From Phoronis australis (taxonomy: Eukaryota > Animalia > Phoronida), in the NCBI GenBank assembly GCA_002633005.1, contig NMRA01000923.1:1-64000 (forward strand): a stretch of 64,000 bases of DNA, read 5' to 3'. Position numbers and translations under genes: made by a program. Below are positions 45,601 to 60,600 of this stretch, one piece after another. The first letter of the stretch is position 1. Each line of letters starts with the position of its first letter. A model generated the notes under the pieces. The model saw only the letters and a program-made list of their open reading frames with translations, did no database searches and had not been told where the DNA came from.

Positions 45601-48600
45601 TAACAGTTGCACACTAAGAGGCAGCACTGCCTGCCAACCCCTTAGCACTGTCACTTGACTGAATACATGCATTGATCTCTGTTCCAACAGACAGAGAACA
45701 CATACCACAATTGTACTCATCAGAGCCATCTCGACAGTCGCGACGACGATCACAGCGACGCCTATTGTCAATACACTGACCAGAGCGACAGCGGAACTCA
45801 GCATTGGTGCAACGATTTGATGCTAAAGGAAAAATCAAATTTACATTTCATGGCAGAACCCTGAAAGCAATACCTTAAAACACTTAAAAATAAATCTCAT
45901 TTGAACCATTTGGCAAGACGGTCACAAAATGTGTGGCATAGCTTGACTACATTTGATTCACTCTCCCGGCGTTTAAGTTAGGTCAGCCGTCAACACCACC
46001 TGATTGGTTTGTAAGCTGGAAGTCGTCAGAGGAAACCAATGAAACAAATGTTAAGGGTAGATTCGAGTTGCAATCCGTAGACCCAGATCATTTATAAAGC
46101 GGGAAGAAATCTTCACTTATGAAATTTCTAAACGTTGAGTTCAGTATCCCTTCAACATTTCAGCCAACCTCTTCAGTGGCGGCCATTTTATTAGGGATAT
46201 GCTGGTAAGCTCACAAGCATAATTCCAGAAACACTCGCCTTTTCCACAAAATGGCAGTGATAAAATCTCAGGGACCAAAAGGACCATAGCCTGGACGCTT
46301 TTTTTGTCATAATTAATTTAAGTAAGCTACCTCATCAAAAGCGTGAAAAGTGAAAATAAACATCTTGGTTCATTTGGCAGTTCTTATCTTAATGACGTCA
46401 GCTTAACATGTGTGGGCAGGAAATTGGATGTCCACTGTTAGGAGAGAGATTCCGTACTTGGGACAGTCAATCTCAACGAAACTGCATAATGACTCGTGTG
46501 ATTATGTGTAGTCTCATGTGATCTTCGTCTTAGCAAGATTCTTACGGCTACCGAAATTACGCCGGGAGAATGAACACGAGTTTATCTAATCTAACCTAAT
46601 CTGACACACGAGCCACAGTTCATTTCCAGTAGGCATATAGAACTCTAGTTTGAATGTACATTTAATATATGCAGAGTATAGAATAAACATGTTCCAGCAA
46701 AGCCATCACCAGTGGGGTAATAACAAATTTATTTTTCATCAAAATAGTGCAGGAGCAAGCAGTGTGCCCATGACCTGTCAATCTGCGTGGACCTGTCAAT
46801 CACAATATGACAGTGCTGCTCATAAGTCACAGGATGGCCCCAAAAAGACAAAATCAAAAATTAATTCTAAACATAAATCAATTTATTTTTGGTAGGGCTA
46901 AAAATATGCAATCTTTGGGTGATGTTTCCACAAAGTATTTAAAATCATACGAGTCGAACTGACAGAGTTTGAAACTTTACAAGAAATTTTGCAGGTTTCT
47001 TTTTGGAGTCATTCTGTTGCATATAAAGATGTGATCCCAAGCTGCAGCCAATGTATATCTATCAATCTGAATGGTCCAGCTGTCAAAGCCAGGCTACCAA
47101 CACTTACATATTGTTATCTCGAACAATTCTGCTACAAATTCAGACAAATGAAATGAACACAAGACCAGACAAACACTGGACACAGTAAAACATCAACAAA
47201 CAAAGCAATTACAGCAACTTAGTTAACTCAAAATAAATGAGAAATCACATTAGGATAAGCTTGAGAAATTAAGTGAAGCTATCAGGCTTATAACACAGGC
47301 ACTTGAGTTTATCTGTTCCTCGATCACATCACGATCACATCACGACTGACATCACTCACTTCTAAAAAAACATAAAGGTTGGACACCCACAATCTGCTCA
47401 AAATTTCCAATCAAATATGCATGGAACTCTACAAAACCAGCACTGAACAAATCTTTGAATACTTTTTTCATTTGATCTCTTCCAATTGCCTTCAAGTGGT
47501 GATTTGACGACAGAAAATGTCAAAAAACACCAAAATCACAATTTCAAGGACCTCATTTTGTGACGCAAGACGTTGATGGCAGACGAGCATCCGGGTTGTT
47601 GGCGGACGACTCCCAAAGCAATTCCAGAGCTGTTTTCGCGCACCCACGAATGTTATTTGAGTGCCCTCCACGTAATTTAGTATCAATTTGAATGTAATTA
47701 AACTCTGATTATGCAAACATTGTTTATAACCCTGGAACCACGGGTTGCTGGCTTCTAACGCCTACTGCGAAATCTGCCATTCACCAATGATGATTTACCG
47801 CGACTAAACGTGTGGTCAGACATCGGAAATGTTCGTTGTGCTTCAACAAAGAGTAGCATATAATGTCAAGATCAAACACAAGATATGCTGGTTCTTGCAT
47901 ATAAGTTCTAGGTTAAGGGTTAAAATGAGCTATATGAAACAAATTACACTTAAGTGGAAGGTTAATTTTAATAACCTCAATTATTGAAATTGGGGATAAA
48001 TTTCTTGACTTTGACGAAGGGGTTGCTTGCTCAAACTCGAAATTTTGTCTTCAACAGGCGTGAAAGATAAAGCAGAACTGAAATCCGCCATGTTAACTAT
48101 TTTAGGTCCTTGAATTCAGAGTTGTGAGTTTGTTTTGAAAATTTCGTCGCCAATTCACCACTCACAAGGATAATTTAATGAAATCTAGGAAAAATAAGTC
48201 TACGGAGGTTTATGCAATACCAGTCTGAGAAAGATGCAGGGAGATTTTATTTGGATTTGGGACAGTTGAAGTTGGTAGCCTCGGCTCGGCAAAGTTTTAG
48301 TGTCCAACCTTTATGTTTCTTATAGATGGTTATGAGTCATCGAGAAATTCGAGTGCCTGTGGCTTATAATAGATGTCACAAAACTCTATCATCAGCACCT
48401 AGCTTTAGTACAAAGCATGTTAATATATTATACAAAAACTCATATGATTAGATTGTCCAACTGCCACGACAAAGAAATTCTAAACGTGGGGAAGGGTCGG
48501 TAAAAGGAAACCCACTTATTCAGAGAAGAGACTCAGAGAAAAGGAACCCAACAACAGGAAGTCTCCACTCTTTTGTAAAATTAATTTCCAGACACATCAC

Positions 48601-51600
48601 CACTTCATAAGGAATAATTTCATAATCCTAACTCTTCCATAAGAGTTCCTAGACAGTCCTCTTTTTAAACACACGAAACACTTAACATGAGAAGAGGGGA
48701 CATGCTGTCAAAAACGAGTACTGAACATATTCTGTAATGGAACTATTAAATACAGATGGGATCAAAAACCTGAAGTGAAGATTGTTGTTAGTAAGAAAAA
48801 GGAATTTTCTGAACAGATTTTCTTAGTGAACCCTTTAGAAAAGAGGAAATCAAATTGGAAAAGGCATTTTTGTAAGATATTTTGTCGAAATTGCACCTTT
48901 TTCTGGGGAAAGTAGTCATGATAAAGTCACCCATCAGTGGTAGCTCCCGCACACCTCTTCTGGGAGAAACCTCCAAGTTCAAAATCTACCAAACCGACAA
49001 AAGACATAAACCTTTTTGGGGAGGAAAAGAGGGTAAAACATCAAATAGGCCGTGAATGGACTTTAAGCATTGGTCACGTTAGATCGAGTGTTCTAGCGTT
49101 CTTTAAAATCAGCAGTCACTACATCCAAAGAATGAGCAGCTCTTAAACCAACTGGTTTATCCAGTCTCACTGCACAAGAAATTAATAATCTAAAGCTATG
49201 GGCAAGACATTTTGCTGGGAAGCCTGTGTAAGATCGCAAAGCATGAAATACACCATTAGGAGTTCACACAATTCTGTGAAAGAGCTGTCAAAGGTTAAGG
49301 GCGTGAACTTACTGCAGTCCAGCTCGTCAGACCGATCGCGACAGTGCGGATATCGATCACAACGCTGAGCTCGACTAATACAGGATCCATCTGAACAGCG
49401 GAACTGGTCAGATCTGCAACGTCTTCTCACTGACAAGTAGAAGTAAGTGAACAGTAGAATGATGTTTTACTCCATTAGTTTACTAAGTAACTGATAGGTG
49501 GAGGCATGAGCTGGGCCCGATGTACTACCTCACGCTTATTACCGAGATGAAATGCTCGTCTATAACAGATGACACAGAGAGCAGAGGAAAAAATAAGAGA
49601 GAAAGTGAAGAATAAGTGACAAAAAGATAAATAATAACTAAAACGTAACATAATTTACTATGCTAAAGGGAGAGTTTGGAATAAAACCAGTTAGACAAAA
49701 TAAAAAACTATAGAACAGAACAAAAGGAGAATACATTGGCAGACTTCAGTGACAACTTGATAGAAAAAAAAATAAGTTTCATTGTTAGGTTGATTAAAAC
49801 CAACTCCTATACTTAGTAATTTTATCTGTTCTCAGACCGATGGTGTAATTTTCCATATTATTTTGATTGCAACTTATAAGAAATGTTTGAATCTGAAACC
49901 ATGTTTACACCGATGACTTCAAAATGATTTTACCGTAATTGTTTGGGGTTAATTCGATTTAGGAAGGGTAACAGTCACTTACAGGTATCCCACATTCTGA
50001 GAACCAGTTTTCTCCACTGGATATCGGGCATCAAACTGGTTCTCAAATATGGGACCCCTATAAGTGACTATTGCCAAATGGACCTAATCAAAACCAATCC
50101 TTACTCTGTGAAAAGTGCACAACAGAATCAATTGGACGTAGGTGGGGGAAGCCATATTTTCCGGTATACTTGCACATGTGCAGATCTAAGTTTCTGTGTC
50201 TACCTTTGGCCAAGATCGTTGGAAAACAGTAGCAATCTTTTCCAGCACCTCATCGTCATCATGAGAATATTAACCAAATAAAAACTAAACATGACCTTGA
50301 AAACAATACAACTGCTCGTCATTTATAACAGGAAGCACTTGCCAGCGAGATGAGAAATGAGCATGCAGCACAGTCCCTAAACCAATATTGTTTTTGTAAT
50401 GTAAACAGAGAGATGAAGCAACCTAAGCTGATCAGTACGTCGATTCCTAATTTCATCGGTGTAAACGAGGTATGAGAAAATGCCAAAATTTTGAAACATC
50501 ACAGTGTAAACGAAGTATAAGAAGTGCCAGAATTTTGAAACATCATCGGTGTAAACGGGGTATGAGAAAGTGCCAGAATTTTGAAACATCATCGGTGTAA
50601 ACGAAGTATAAGAAAGTGCCAGAATTTTGAAACATCATCGGTGTAAACGAGGTACGAAAAAAGAATTTTGAAACATCATCAGTGTAAAAGACGTATAAGA
50701 AAGTGCCAGAATTTTGAAACATCATCGGTGTAAACGAGGTACGAGAAAGTGCCAGAATTTTGAAACATCATCGGTGTAAACAAGGTATGAGAAAGTGCCA
50801 GAATTTTGAAACAAGAGGAGGAATTTTAAGTAGTAAACTGTTCCATTTCAAAACCTATAAAGCACATCATACAAAGTAGAGTGGAACAAGAGTCGTCTAT
50901 CTACTGTAGTCATTTTGACAAGATAAAAAAAATCAAATGCTTGAGGTTATCCCTACATGTATTCAAACATGATGCTGTAACATTTCTGAAATGCTCTGAG
51001 CAATGTTTAGAGAACTTGAGCCATGTTTGTAAAGCTCAGAGTCGGGCATGTTTAAAATACAGAGCAATGTTTGAAAACCATATCCTTTTCTCCTTTACAA
51101 CACAAATAACTGAAACAGTATCACATAGTGGTAATTGTACTTAATTCTAGTGTTGTAAATTGATACCAACATGCTCTGCAAGTGAAAATAATGTGCAACT
51201 ACAGCTGTCTGTGTAGTGTTAGGGTATTTTGATTTACAAAGGTATTTTGGAAAAAGTGAACTCTAGTTTTAGAGGGGATAAAATTTAACCAATTGTCTAC
51301 AGCAGTGCAAGTGGTTGAGAACAGGTATGTTTATCTATAAATACTATAATTTAACAAATATGCACAAAAGGAAAGTCTCTTAGTAAAGCCATGTGTACTC
51401 ACTATCATACGTTAAATGACTGGGATGAACTACTATGATGGGAAATAAAATCAAGGCAGTTAAGAACTAGTGCCAATAGTAACAGGCCTAGTAGAAGGAA
51501 TGAAGACAGTGATGAAGTGAATAAGGGCCACTGGTGAGGTCGGGAGACATGCCACTCACTACAGCGTCGCTCATCGGAGCGATCAGAACAGTCAGGATAC

Positions 51601-54600
51601 CCATCACAGACACGACGCCGGTCAATACACTCAGAGGTAGTTTGACAGCGGAAGTAGCGATTGGATGGGAGACAGGGGGATATCCGCTTATGGCTAAAGA
51701 GGAGAGCTACAGAGACAAATCATAAGGTGATGACAATGAGCGGAATGGAGTTTCTTGCAGAAGAAGACGCAAGACATTCAGAAACAGGCAATGCTTAGAA
51801 ATGAGGAAGCCTCGGATTAGAAACATTTTCAGTAGATGTACCACTAAGCTGAGGGAACAACCAACAAAGGAATTCATTATTACCATGGAACTAAATGAAA
51901 AAATGATTAGTAATATGCTAGTTTGACATAAGCAACAGAAAAGACAAAAATGTGTTGTCAATCTCTGCATGAAAATTTTATACCCAACTTAGTGCAATGG
52001 TAAAATGAGTAGCAGCAATGAGTAAACATCAGTTTAATTTGATCTAATAAGTAATTACAGAAGATCGCATAACTTAAAATGAGCGGTCCTTATTGGAGGA
52101 CATATTAGCTGTGTTATCATATATTGTGGTACTGTACACGGCTATAATGAAGAGTTGTGGAAAAGTCAGTTACATCAACAGAGGTGTCCGGCTAGCAGGA
52201 TAACACAGGAAATGATTAGGTATAATGATGCCAATTGTTTTGTTTAGACAAGTTGAAGCACACTGCCACACACACATTCATACTGCATGTAATGCAACAC
52301 TTTGTTTAACAAAAGCAACATCTTCAAATTAGACAAGCCTCTCAAAGCTGAAATTGAAAATAACTCTAACCATGACAAGCACAACAGACACATATTTCAT
52401 AAAGCATCAAATGGAATGCACAGGAAAGATGATGTGCTTCACAACTGTGAAGCCCAAAATTGTGAAGCCCAACCCAATTTAAAACATTAAGTAGTGTGTC
52501 AGTCAAATCATAATCTATGATGTCCATGAAACCTAGTTCCTGAACATCTACTACCTTAAAGCCTTTTCATACTAACTTAACTACGCTACCAGAGGAGTGT
52601 CGTGAACTGTGAAGTTAGTTAAGCTTTCAAACCAGCTTCGGAATTTAGCGGCCACCACAGTTATCACACTGTTCGTATAATCCAAGATATCGAAAGGTTT
52701 CAAATTTAGAAGTATCATATACTGGTTGGATAATAAAAGAAATGATTAACATCAGAATGGTGAATATTTGGAAAAATGATGAAATAACAACATGTGCCGT
52801 TACGACACCTGTTGATAGTTCTTGCGACATCGAACCTAATTATTGATGCTGCAGCAAAAGATCAACACACCACTGGTAAATCCACCCAAGTTGTCCAGTC
52901 GTTATTTTTGATCAAAAGACCGAAGTGAACCGTTCACAACGACCGACACTCCACAAAACACCAACGCGTTGCTTTTGGTGTGAAAGGCTCTCTAGGCTAC
53001 TAAGAAAACAAAGTATGCAGAGGCATGCGTTTCAAGATGAGTCAAAACATAAAGAAGGCTGAAATAACTAATAGCACACTCCTGTTTAAATCAACAAATA
53101 TAAGTAAGCTGCACATAACTAATCAGTTACAATGTCCCAATAGATGCAGCAAAGGACATTGTTAGATCAATGCAGACAGTTGTTATGATCATAGCAATGT
53201 TTACCAGATGTTGCTTCTAGATGAAAACCTTCAGAACCAGCTACAAAAAGCAGGTAACGCTAGACAACACTGACCGCAAACTTAAACAGCTAGTTAGACT
53301 TAGCAAAAAGCATTTTAATGTTAAGAACACTTTTAACTGCATTGCTATATAAGGTTGGAGGTGGATTCGTAATACCGTACTCGTCCAAGTTATGCCCACT
53401 TACTAATTTTCCAAATTATATTTAAATGCAGTTGTTTGGTAACAGGCCAACTATGAACTTATGAATTTGAGACTTAAGATTCCTCAAAGCATAATAGCAT
53501 AATGAATATTCATTTCACCGCCCAAAACGCATGCTTTCACTCACAAGCAGCATTATGTCCAATTTTTACTTAGTTCTTGCATGTAAATTGGGTCACATAA
53601 GTACGACTCACCTGTCGTCGACCCTAATTGGCAGTTTGGGGAAACTGACAACACCAACTTTGCGAAATGTTTTCCTTTTAATGCTCACATTCAGCTTCAA
53701 GTATTCAACGCGAATTTTAAGATTTTTAATTTGAACACACTAGGCAATAACCAAGAAAAGTACGATAATTATTTTACTCATTTTTGTGTAAAAAAACATG
53801 TACAAACAATAGGTTGAACTACCTAAGAATGACTATGAGTGAGAATGGCATATGGGAAGTGTCAAAAAATTTCAAGCTAATTCATGAGAATGTCATCTGG
53901 GAAGTGTCAAAAAATTCAAGCTAATTTAGTATATCTTAACTGGATGTCACCACAGGAAACTATTGGAGGGATTACAGGGATGGCTTAAAGCATATTTAGC
54001 ATCTGTAAAAGTCCTTATTAGTAGACAAATGAAGAACAGAGTCTAAAAATATATGTATAAACATAATTTTACACTTATCGACTTGGTGATCACATAGCCA
54101 TGAATTCCTGGCTAACTTTTTTTCTTAAAATTTGGAAACAGTTGTATTTCAATATTTTCAAAATTTGACTTAGGTTAGACAGTAAGCTTTTGTTTTGTTG
54201 TGAATGATAATTTTGACAATAAAATAATAAATACAAAACGATCCTTATTGCATTTGAGATAAAAGGCACAAAATACAAAAACGATTCACGAACCATAGAC
54301 TTATACATTATTTCTCAACATATTGTAGCCAAGTGTACGAACCTCACACTCTACGTAAAAATAATCGTATGGTTGTAATTATTTTGTCACAGTTAATGCA
54401 GTACATACCACAGTTGACTTCATCGGAGCCATCACTGCACTGAGATGTTCCATCACACTTCTGAGAGGCAGGGATGCAAGACTTGTCACCACAGGTAAAT
54501 TCAGTGTCTGAATCACACTCCTGTGTTCTGCCTGAAGCTGTACGAGGAAAACAAAGATAGGAATTAGAAAAAAGTGCAGGTGTCATAAGTTAAAATGATC

Positions 54601-57600
54601 AAGCAATTAATGCTATGGTGTATTAGTTTCTGATGACTATAAACATGGAATATATCGAGATTGTACATGAAACACTCATGTTATGGAAAATATAAATTCA
54701 ATATTACCCTGTTCATAATACCCCAAACCCACACCCAAGTTAAAACAGGAACAGCTTGTTCGGGTGGAAGTCCTAATGTAAACACAACTTCCTCTGGAAC
54801 AACATGACATTGCAAATCCAAGGGACATCCTGCATTCAAACTTCTCTTTTGCACAGGTACAAAAAAATTCATGAATGACTCTACCAATTGGAAAGTTTAG
54901 AAAGTTAACACACTACTGAGCAGAGTCTAACTGTATACTACAACCCACTAAGCCTTTACTTCTTTCTGTCAGCACTATAGAACACTGCACTGCAATGGTG
55001 AACTAATTTAGATGTAAACTAACGATTTGAATGGCAACAGTCAGATGAGAACGTACACTATGGATGTGCACCATTGTAAGTAAATTCAGAATTGTGCATA
55101 AATACAATACTAACAGTAGCCCAGTGGTACTTTGGGATACTGATTATTGGATAAACGTCTCCTCCATTTGAGTGGGCAGTCTTCCATACTGACATCTTGT
55201 TGCCTTCAAAAAGTCAGAGTACCAACGTCTCTTTTCAAAAATACTAACAACAATAAAGGCAAACATGTATACATAAGTACTTCATTCCCACAAAACCACA
55301 ATAAGAGACAACAGAAGAGAAATGTTTTATTTCACAGTTCAAAATATACAAATGAAAAAATAAAGAATTGAGGATAAGCAAGTACAGTTAAAGAGGCCTG
55401 AAGTGTGAAAACATGTAAATGATACCTTTTAAACAGCTTGTGGTGAACCTATTTCATTGCGATGATAAAGGGAGTTATTCACCTTGCATAATGCAAGAAT
55501 TTCTAGAAAACAATCGTCAACATTCGCTACTTTTGGAACACAGAATGAACTATGCACTTTCATCCCAATAGTTTTCAAATTCCCCGCCTCTAATAATATA
55601 CATAAGTGCATAGCACAAAGAATTTCCACGTAAACATTTCCCAAGTGCATAATCGCCATTGTTTTGTTTACATTAAAGGATACATTTTCCATATAAGTGA
55701 AATGTGCTAAGTCTAAGTCTTGCCAAACCAAATAAGGTGACATACTTTCGTGTTCAGCAAGAAAAATCAACGAAATGATGAGCATCTGACAGTCACTTCT
55801 TTTTTTAAATTTGAAACTAAACAAAAAATGCTTTGACACGCACAGAATTTCAAAATCTTTACAAACAAAATGCAAAAATATCTGGTGAACAGTTCGACTT
55901 GTGTTTCAGTGGCAAAGAACCACTTTGAATAATGCAATTTAGTCCATTTTCTGTGTTATGTCACTTTTAAGACAAAGACACAATCTAAGACAAATGTAAC
56001 AGCACTACCACAGCAATATTTGCAAGTTAAAATATAAATATGTTAACAGCGTATAAAAGCAGATATATTAACACTGCACAAAAAAATCAAGACACGTTAA
56101 CACTGTAGTAGAAAATGAAGATATAATAACATATAGAAGCAAAGAACTGACAAGGCAGTACAAACAATAACAGAAATTTCAGCTGGTACATTGTCACACA
56201 AGAGACTACATAGGAAACAAGAACAAGGAATACACCACAATAGAATTACTGCAACTATAACCTGTTCTTTCAGCTTGTATTTGATATTCTCTGTTTGCAG
56301 TGTCAAAATTGAATTGGAACTTGAATTCAACCTTATCTTCGTTGATGAACGTGCACCTCTTTAACTCTGGAGACTCTGAAAATGAATACCAAAATATCAA
56401 TAAATGGAAGAAGCACATAGGTGGATCCATTAACAAAAGATAACATCAAGGTAGACATGGGAAAGGCATCAACAAACGCCAAAAGAAAACGGACAAACTT
56501 CTGTCTCCCCATTATGATGATCAAGTCTGCCAAAAGATTTTTTTGGCTTATAAAACCTGAAAATGATGCCATGACTCATCATTCAGACTGTATCATCATC
56601 TCACGATGTTCTGAGACCGCTACAATAGCCCATTATAATAGTGCATAACGTTGACCCAATTCCAGTGTCCATGTGGATTACACTAGGTGGCACCTTGGCA
56701 ACTTTGGAAGCTGTGGAATGGCGAAGGTAAAAAAATGCAAAAAATTAAGCCAACTTTTATTAGGGCTGTTCCAGTAAAATCTGTATGGGAGGGGGGAAGG
56801 CACCTTTTTTTCACACCCACCACCCATATTTTTCATTTATTTCTTCAGCCTACCACCCGTAACTTTTTATAAGTTTGAAATGCAACCACCCGTAATTTTT
56901 TTTTGTTCTTGTGGTTGACTGCACAGGCGCTTGAATTTATCTGTTCCTCCATCACCACTAACGTCATTCATTACTAAGAAAACATTCGTTTCTTATATAT
57001 GGTTATTAACCATCGAGAAATTCGAGCACCTGTGGTTAAATGGTGTTATGGGCATGCGGATGAGGAGATCGGAGGGAATGAAAATGTCGGAGCTTTTTGC
57101 AAGTTGCATTTTTGTTTCAGTTTTTGATTCTGTGCGGATTGTTTATACAATTTACTAAAATTACCCACCATCAAACATTTATGGCCCAATGAAACAACAA
57201 AGACCTGTAAATTTTTATTTTTTTGAAGTACGACCACCAGCCATTTTGAATTTAAATCAAACGCAACCACCCATAAATTTTTATTTCAGTTGCCTTCCCC
57301 CCCAAACAGATTTTGCTGGAACAGCCCTTAGTTAAATTGCTTTTTTCGATGGCAAGTGGCTTTAACTCTGAGTTTAAAAGAGCTGCGAGGAATTCCGCTT
57401 GCGTTCGTCCAATTTTAGGCTATAGCACCATACATAAAATTCAGCCGCAAAATTATAATAGGCCATTTGCAAAATGAATAACAGCAATGAATCATGTTTG
57501 CTAGAAGGTAACGAAAATGTCCCTTCAACAATTTAACAAGGTTGTCGGCTTATTAAAAAAAGTGCAGCCACAGTAAAATCTTAATATTCATTCTGTAATT

Positions 57601-60600
57601 GTGACAGGAACATGACGCTCTCAGCTTGGCATGCGTGTAGCACAAGTCTTAGTTCACAATTTGTTGCATCTTTGTAACTTATCACAATTTTTTACACTCG
57701 AGGAAAAGTGAATTGCCTTCCCACTTCCTTAACTTCCGGAAAATTCTCCGACATTCTGTCCTGATGGTATTCAACTTGCACTCAGCTGTCATGACAAAAT
57801 CCTGCTAGCAACCAGCCATCATGACAGGGCCCAGCAAGTATTTCTCTCTGCATACTTTTAGAATTTTCCTGCCTTTAGTGAATGTGCAGCAAATTAAAAT
57901 CAAAACATGAACCAAATGGAATTTTCCCATGACTTGGGATATATTTTGTCTTGATATTGAAAGACGACATCTGCGCTGCTAATGAGNTTCAGTTTTTGAT
58001 TCTGTGCGGATTGTTTATACAATTTATTAAAATTACCCACCATCAAACATTTATGGCCCAATGAAACAACGACCTGTAAATTGTTATTTTTTTGAAGTAC
58101 GACCACCAGCCATTTTGAATTTAAATCAAACGCAACCACCCATAAATTTTTATTTCAGTTGCCTTCCCCCCAAACAGATTTTGCTGGAACAGCCCTTAGT
58201 TAAATTGCTTTTTTCGATGGCAAGTGGCTTTAACTCTGAGTTTAAAATAGCTGCGAGGAATTCCGCTTGCGTTCGTCCAATTTTAGGCTATAGCACCATA
58301 CATAAAATTCAGCCGCAAAATTATAATAGGCCATTTGCAAAATGAATAACAAGCAATGAATCATTGTTTGCTAGAAGGTAACGAAAATGTCCCTTCAACA
58401 ATTTAACAAGGTTGTCGGCTTATTAAATAAAGTGCAGCCACAGTAAAATCTTAATATTCATTCTGTAATTGTGACAGGAACATGACGCTCTCAGCTTGGC
58501 ATGCGTGTAGCACAAGTCTTAGTTCACAATTTGTTGCATCTTTGTAACTTATCACAATTTTTTACACTCGAGGAAAAGTGAATTGCCTTCCCACTTCCTT
58601 AACTTCCGGAAAATTCTCCGACATTCTGTCCTGATGGTATTCAACTTGCACTCAGCTGTCATGACAAAATCCTGCTAGCAACCAGCCATCATGACAGGGC
58701 CCAGCAAGTATTTCTCTCTGCATACTTTTAGAATATTCCTGCCTTTAGTGAATGTGCAGCAAATTAAAATCAAAACATGAACCAAATGGAATTTTCCCAT
58801 GACTTGGGATATATTTTGTCTTGATATTGAAAGACGACATCTGCGCTGCTAATGAGGAGAAAATTGCCCCACACTAATAAGAAAGACTATGACGCCAATT
58901 TCATAGGGCAGAATAAATGAGATCTGGCAAATTTAGTTACTGTACCTTCAAGTTTATCAACCACATCCACCCGTGGACACTCCTGGTCACAGGCTGTGCC
59001 ACTCTTCGCAAGTTCACCAGTGCCCAGCAGGAGGCATTCAACACAGGGTTTTAACTCTCCACATTTATTACCACAGGTCTGTAATAGCAATCAACAGCAA
59101 CACATTCAGACAGACATTATACATTAGGCTAATAGACAGAGAACACAACAGTGAAATAGCATGGAAAGAGTAAAACAATGCAACTTTGACTGGAACTCAT
59201 AACTATGCTCCATGGAACAAGAGAATGTCAGCTCTGACAACATAACTCACTGGACAGTCTTCACAAAATCGCCCTCTGTAAGGCTCTTCACAGACACAAG
59301 CTCCACAGTTACAGGTTCCATGACCACTACACAAATCCTGCAATGCAAAACAAACCTATGGCAGCACTTATGAACACAAACATAATGTAAATATTAGTAA
59401 AAACTCAAAAGTTTCTCTTTCTGCATCGTTTAAAGGCTTCATAAATTGCTGCAAACTCAAACAATTTGCCAAATGTTAACAGTTGTACAGCACAAAAACT
59501 ACATAAAAGTACAAACAAAAATAAAAATTTCCAATGATATACACCAACTCCAACAAAGCACATTTTTGTGCAAGTCAGGAAATAAAATGAAAAGAATCAA
59601 TCCAGCTATGTAAGTTTACATGTGTCACCCATTGTAGCATTACTATATAGTTAGAAGTTGGCTATACATACCCCTGCGCCAGTAGAAGCACGACATTTGT
59701 CTGTTGACAATGAACAGTCGCATGAAGGGCCAGTGTAGAGTACATTACATACACATTGGCCACATACGCATCTACCTTCACCATTACAAATAGCCTGCAG
59801 GAAAAGATTAGAAAAGTTACGAATTAGTTGAATGGGTAGTAGCTCAGCAGGAAACCCACACACACCTACCCTAGAATAACTCACAGCAGTGCAACTTGCC
59901 GCACTTTTAAGTAGAGCGTCCACACATACATAAGCGCTACTCCGCGCATGCAGAACTTTATAAAAATACGATGGCATGAAAAAGAAAGGACAACTGCGCA
60001 AGCAAGCATATCTTACTTCACCTTTTCACCAGTTTTCCGGCCATGTAGTGATTAGAAATCGTGCCAGTTACCCTTTAACTGCTTATCCTACACCGAAAAG
60101 GTGCACTAGCTAAAATAGCGTCCAGACAGTCCCCAAAACTATTGACAACTCGTTCCAGAAGTAACTAAGGTAAGTCTGAGTGTGGATGGTGTTAGACATA
60201 ATTTGTTGTTGAAATGTCGCGCGTTTGGAACTACGGTAACCATGTGCATGCAAATGCGAATGATTGTTCTGTTACTGCTAGAGAATAAAAAAATCTGATG
60301 AATGACAACTGTAATCATGAGGTTCGACATATTTGTGTTTAGACCAGAACAGTGTATAAAGCACTATGTAACTTGAGGGACTTAAATGGCGATTTGTTAG
60401 TATTAACCAGAGACAAAAGCACACAGAACCCTTCTACTAATGTAGCAGTTATCCACGGGAAACAAAAAGTGATTTTTTTGCTCACTTGACATTTTTCATG
60501 GTTATGTTGACGGTCTGCAACTCATGTTCCTAATCTTAAAATCAATCAAAAATAAGTATGACCATGTGACCATGGACTTGACATTACATATAGAAATCAT

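Noticed and set aside
50454-50812. Regular repeats resembling a CRISPR array (also 1715-1854 and 4611-4949)
   Set aside because: Units are fully tandem with no unique spacers, they lie in a eukaryotic intron, and there are no cas genes.
54681-54887. [11 protein letters not shown]…VLTWVWVWG as a possible integrin TM exon
   Set aside because: No ~23-residue hydrophobic helix and no KLL..IHD or NPxY tail.
56206-56261. Read-through past the beta-tail donor ([18 protein letters not shown]) as a membrane anchor
   Set aside because: Too short and not integrin-like, although a truncated isoform cannot be excluded.
57116-58856. 870-bp tandem duplication
   Set aside because: Joined by a single N and nearly identical, so most likely an allelic contig overlap.
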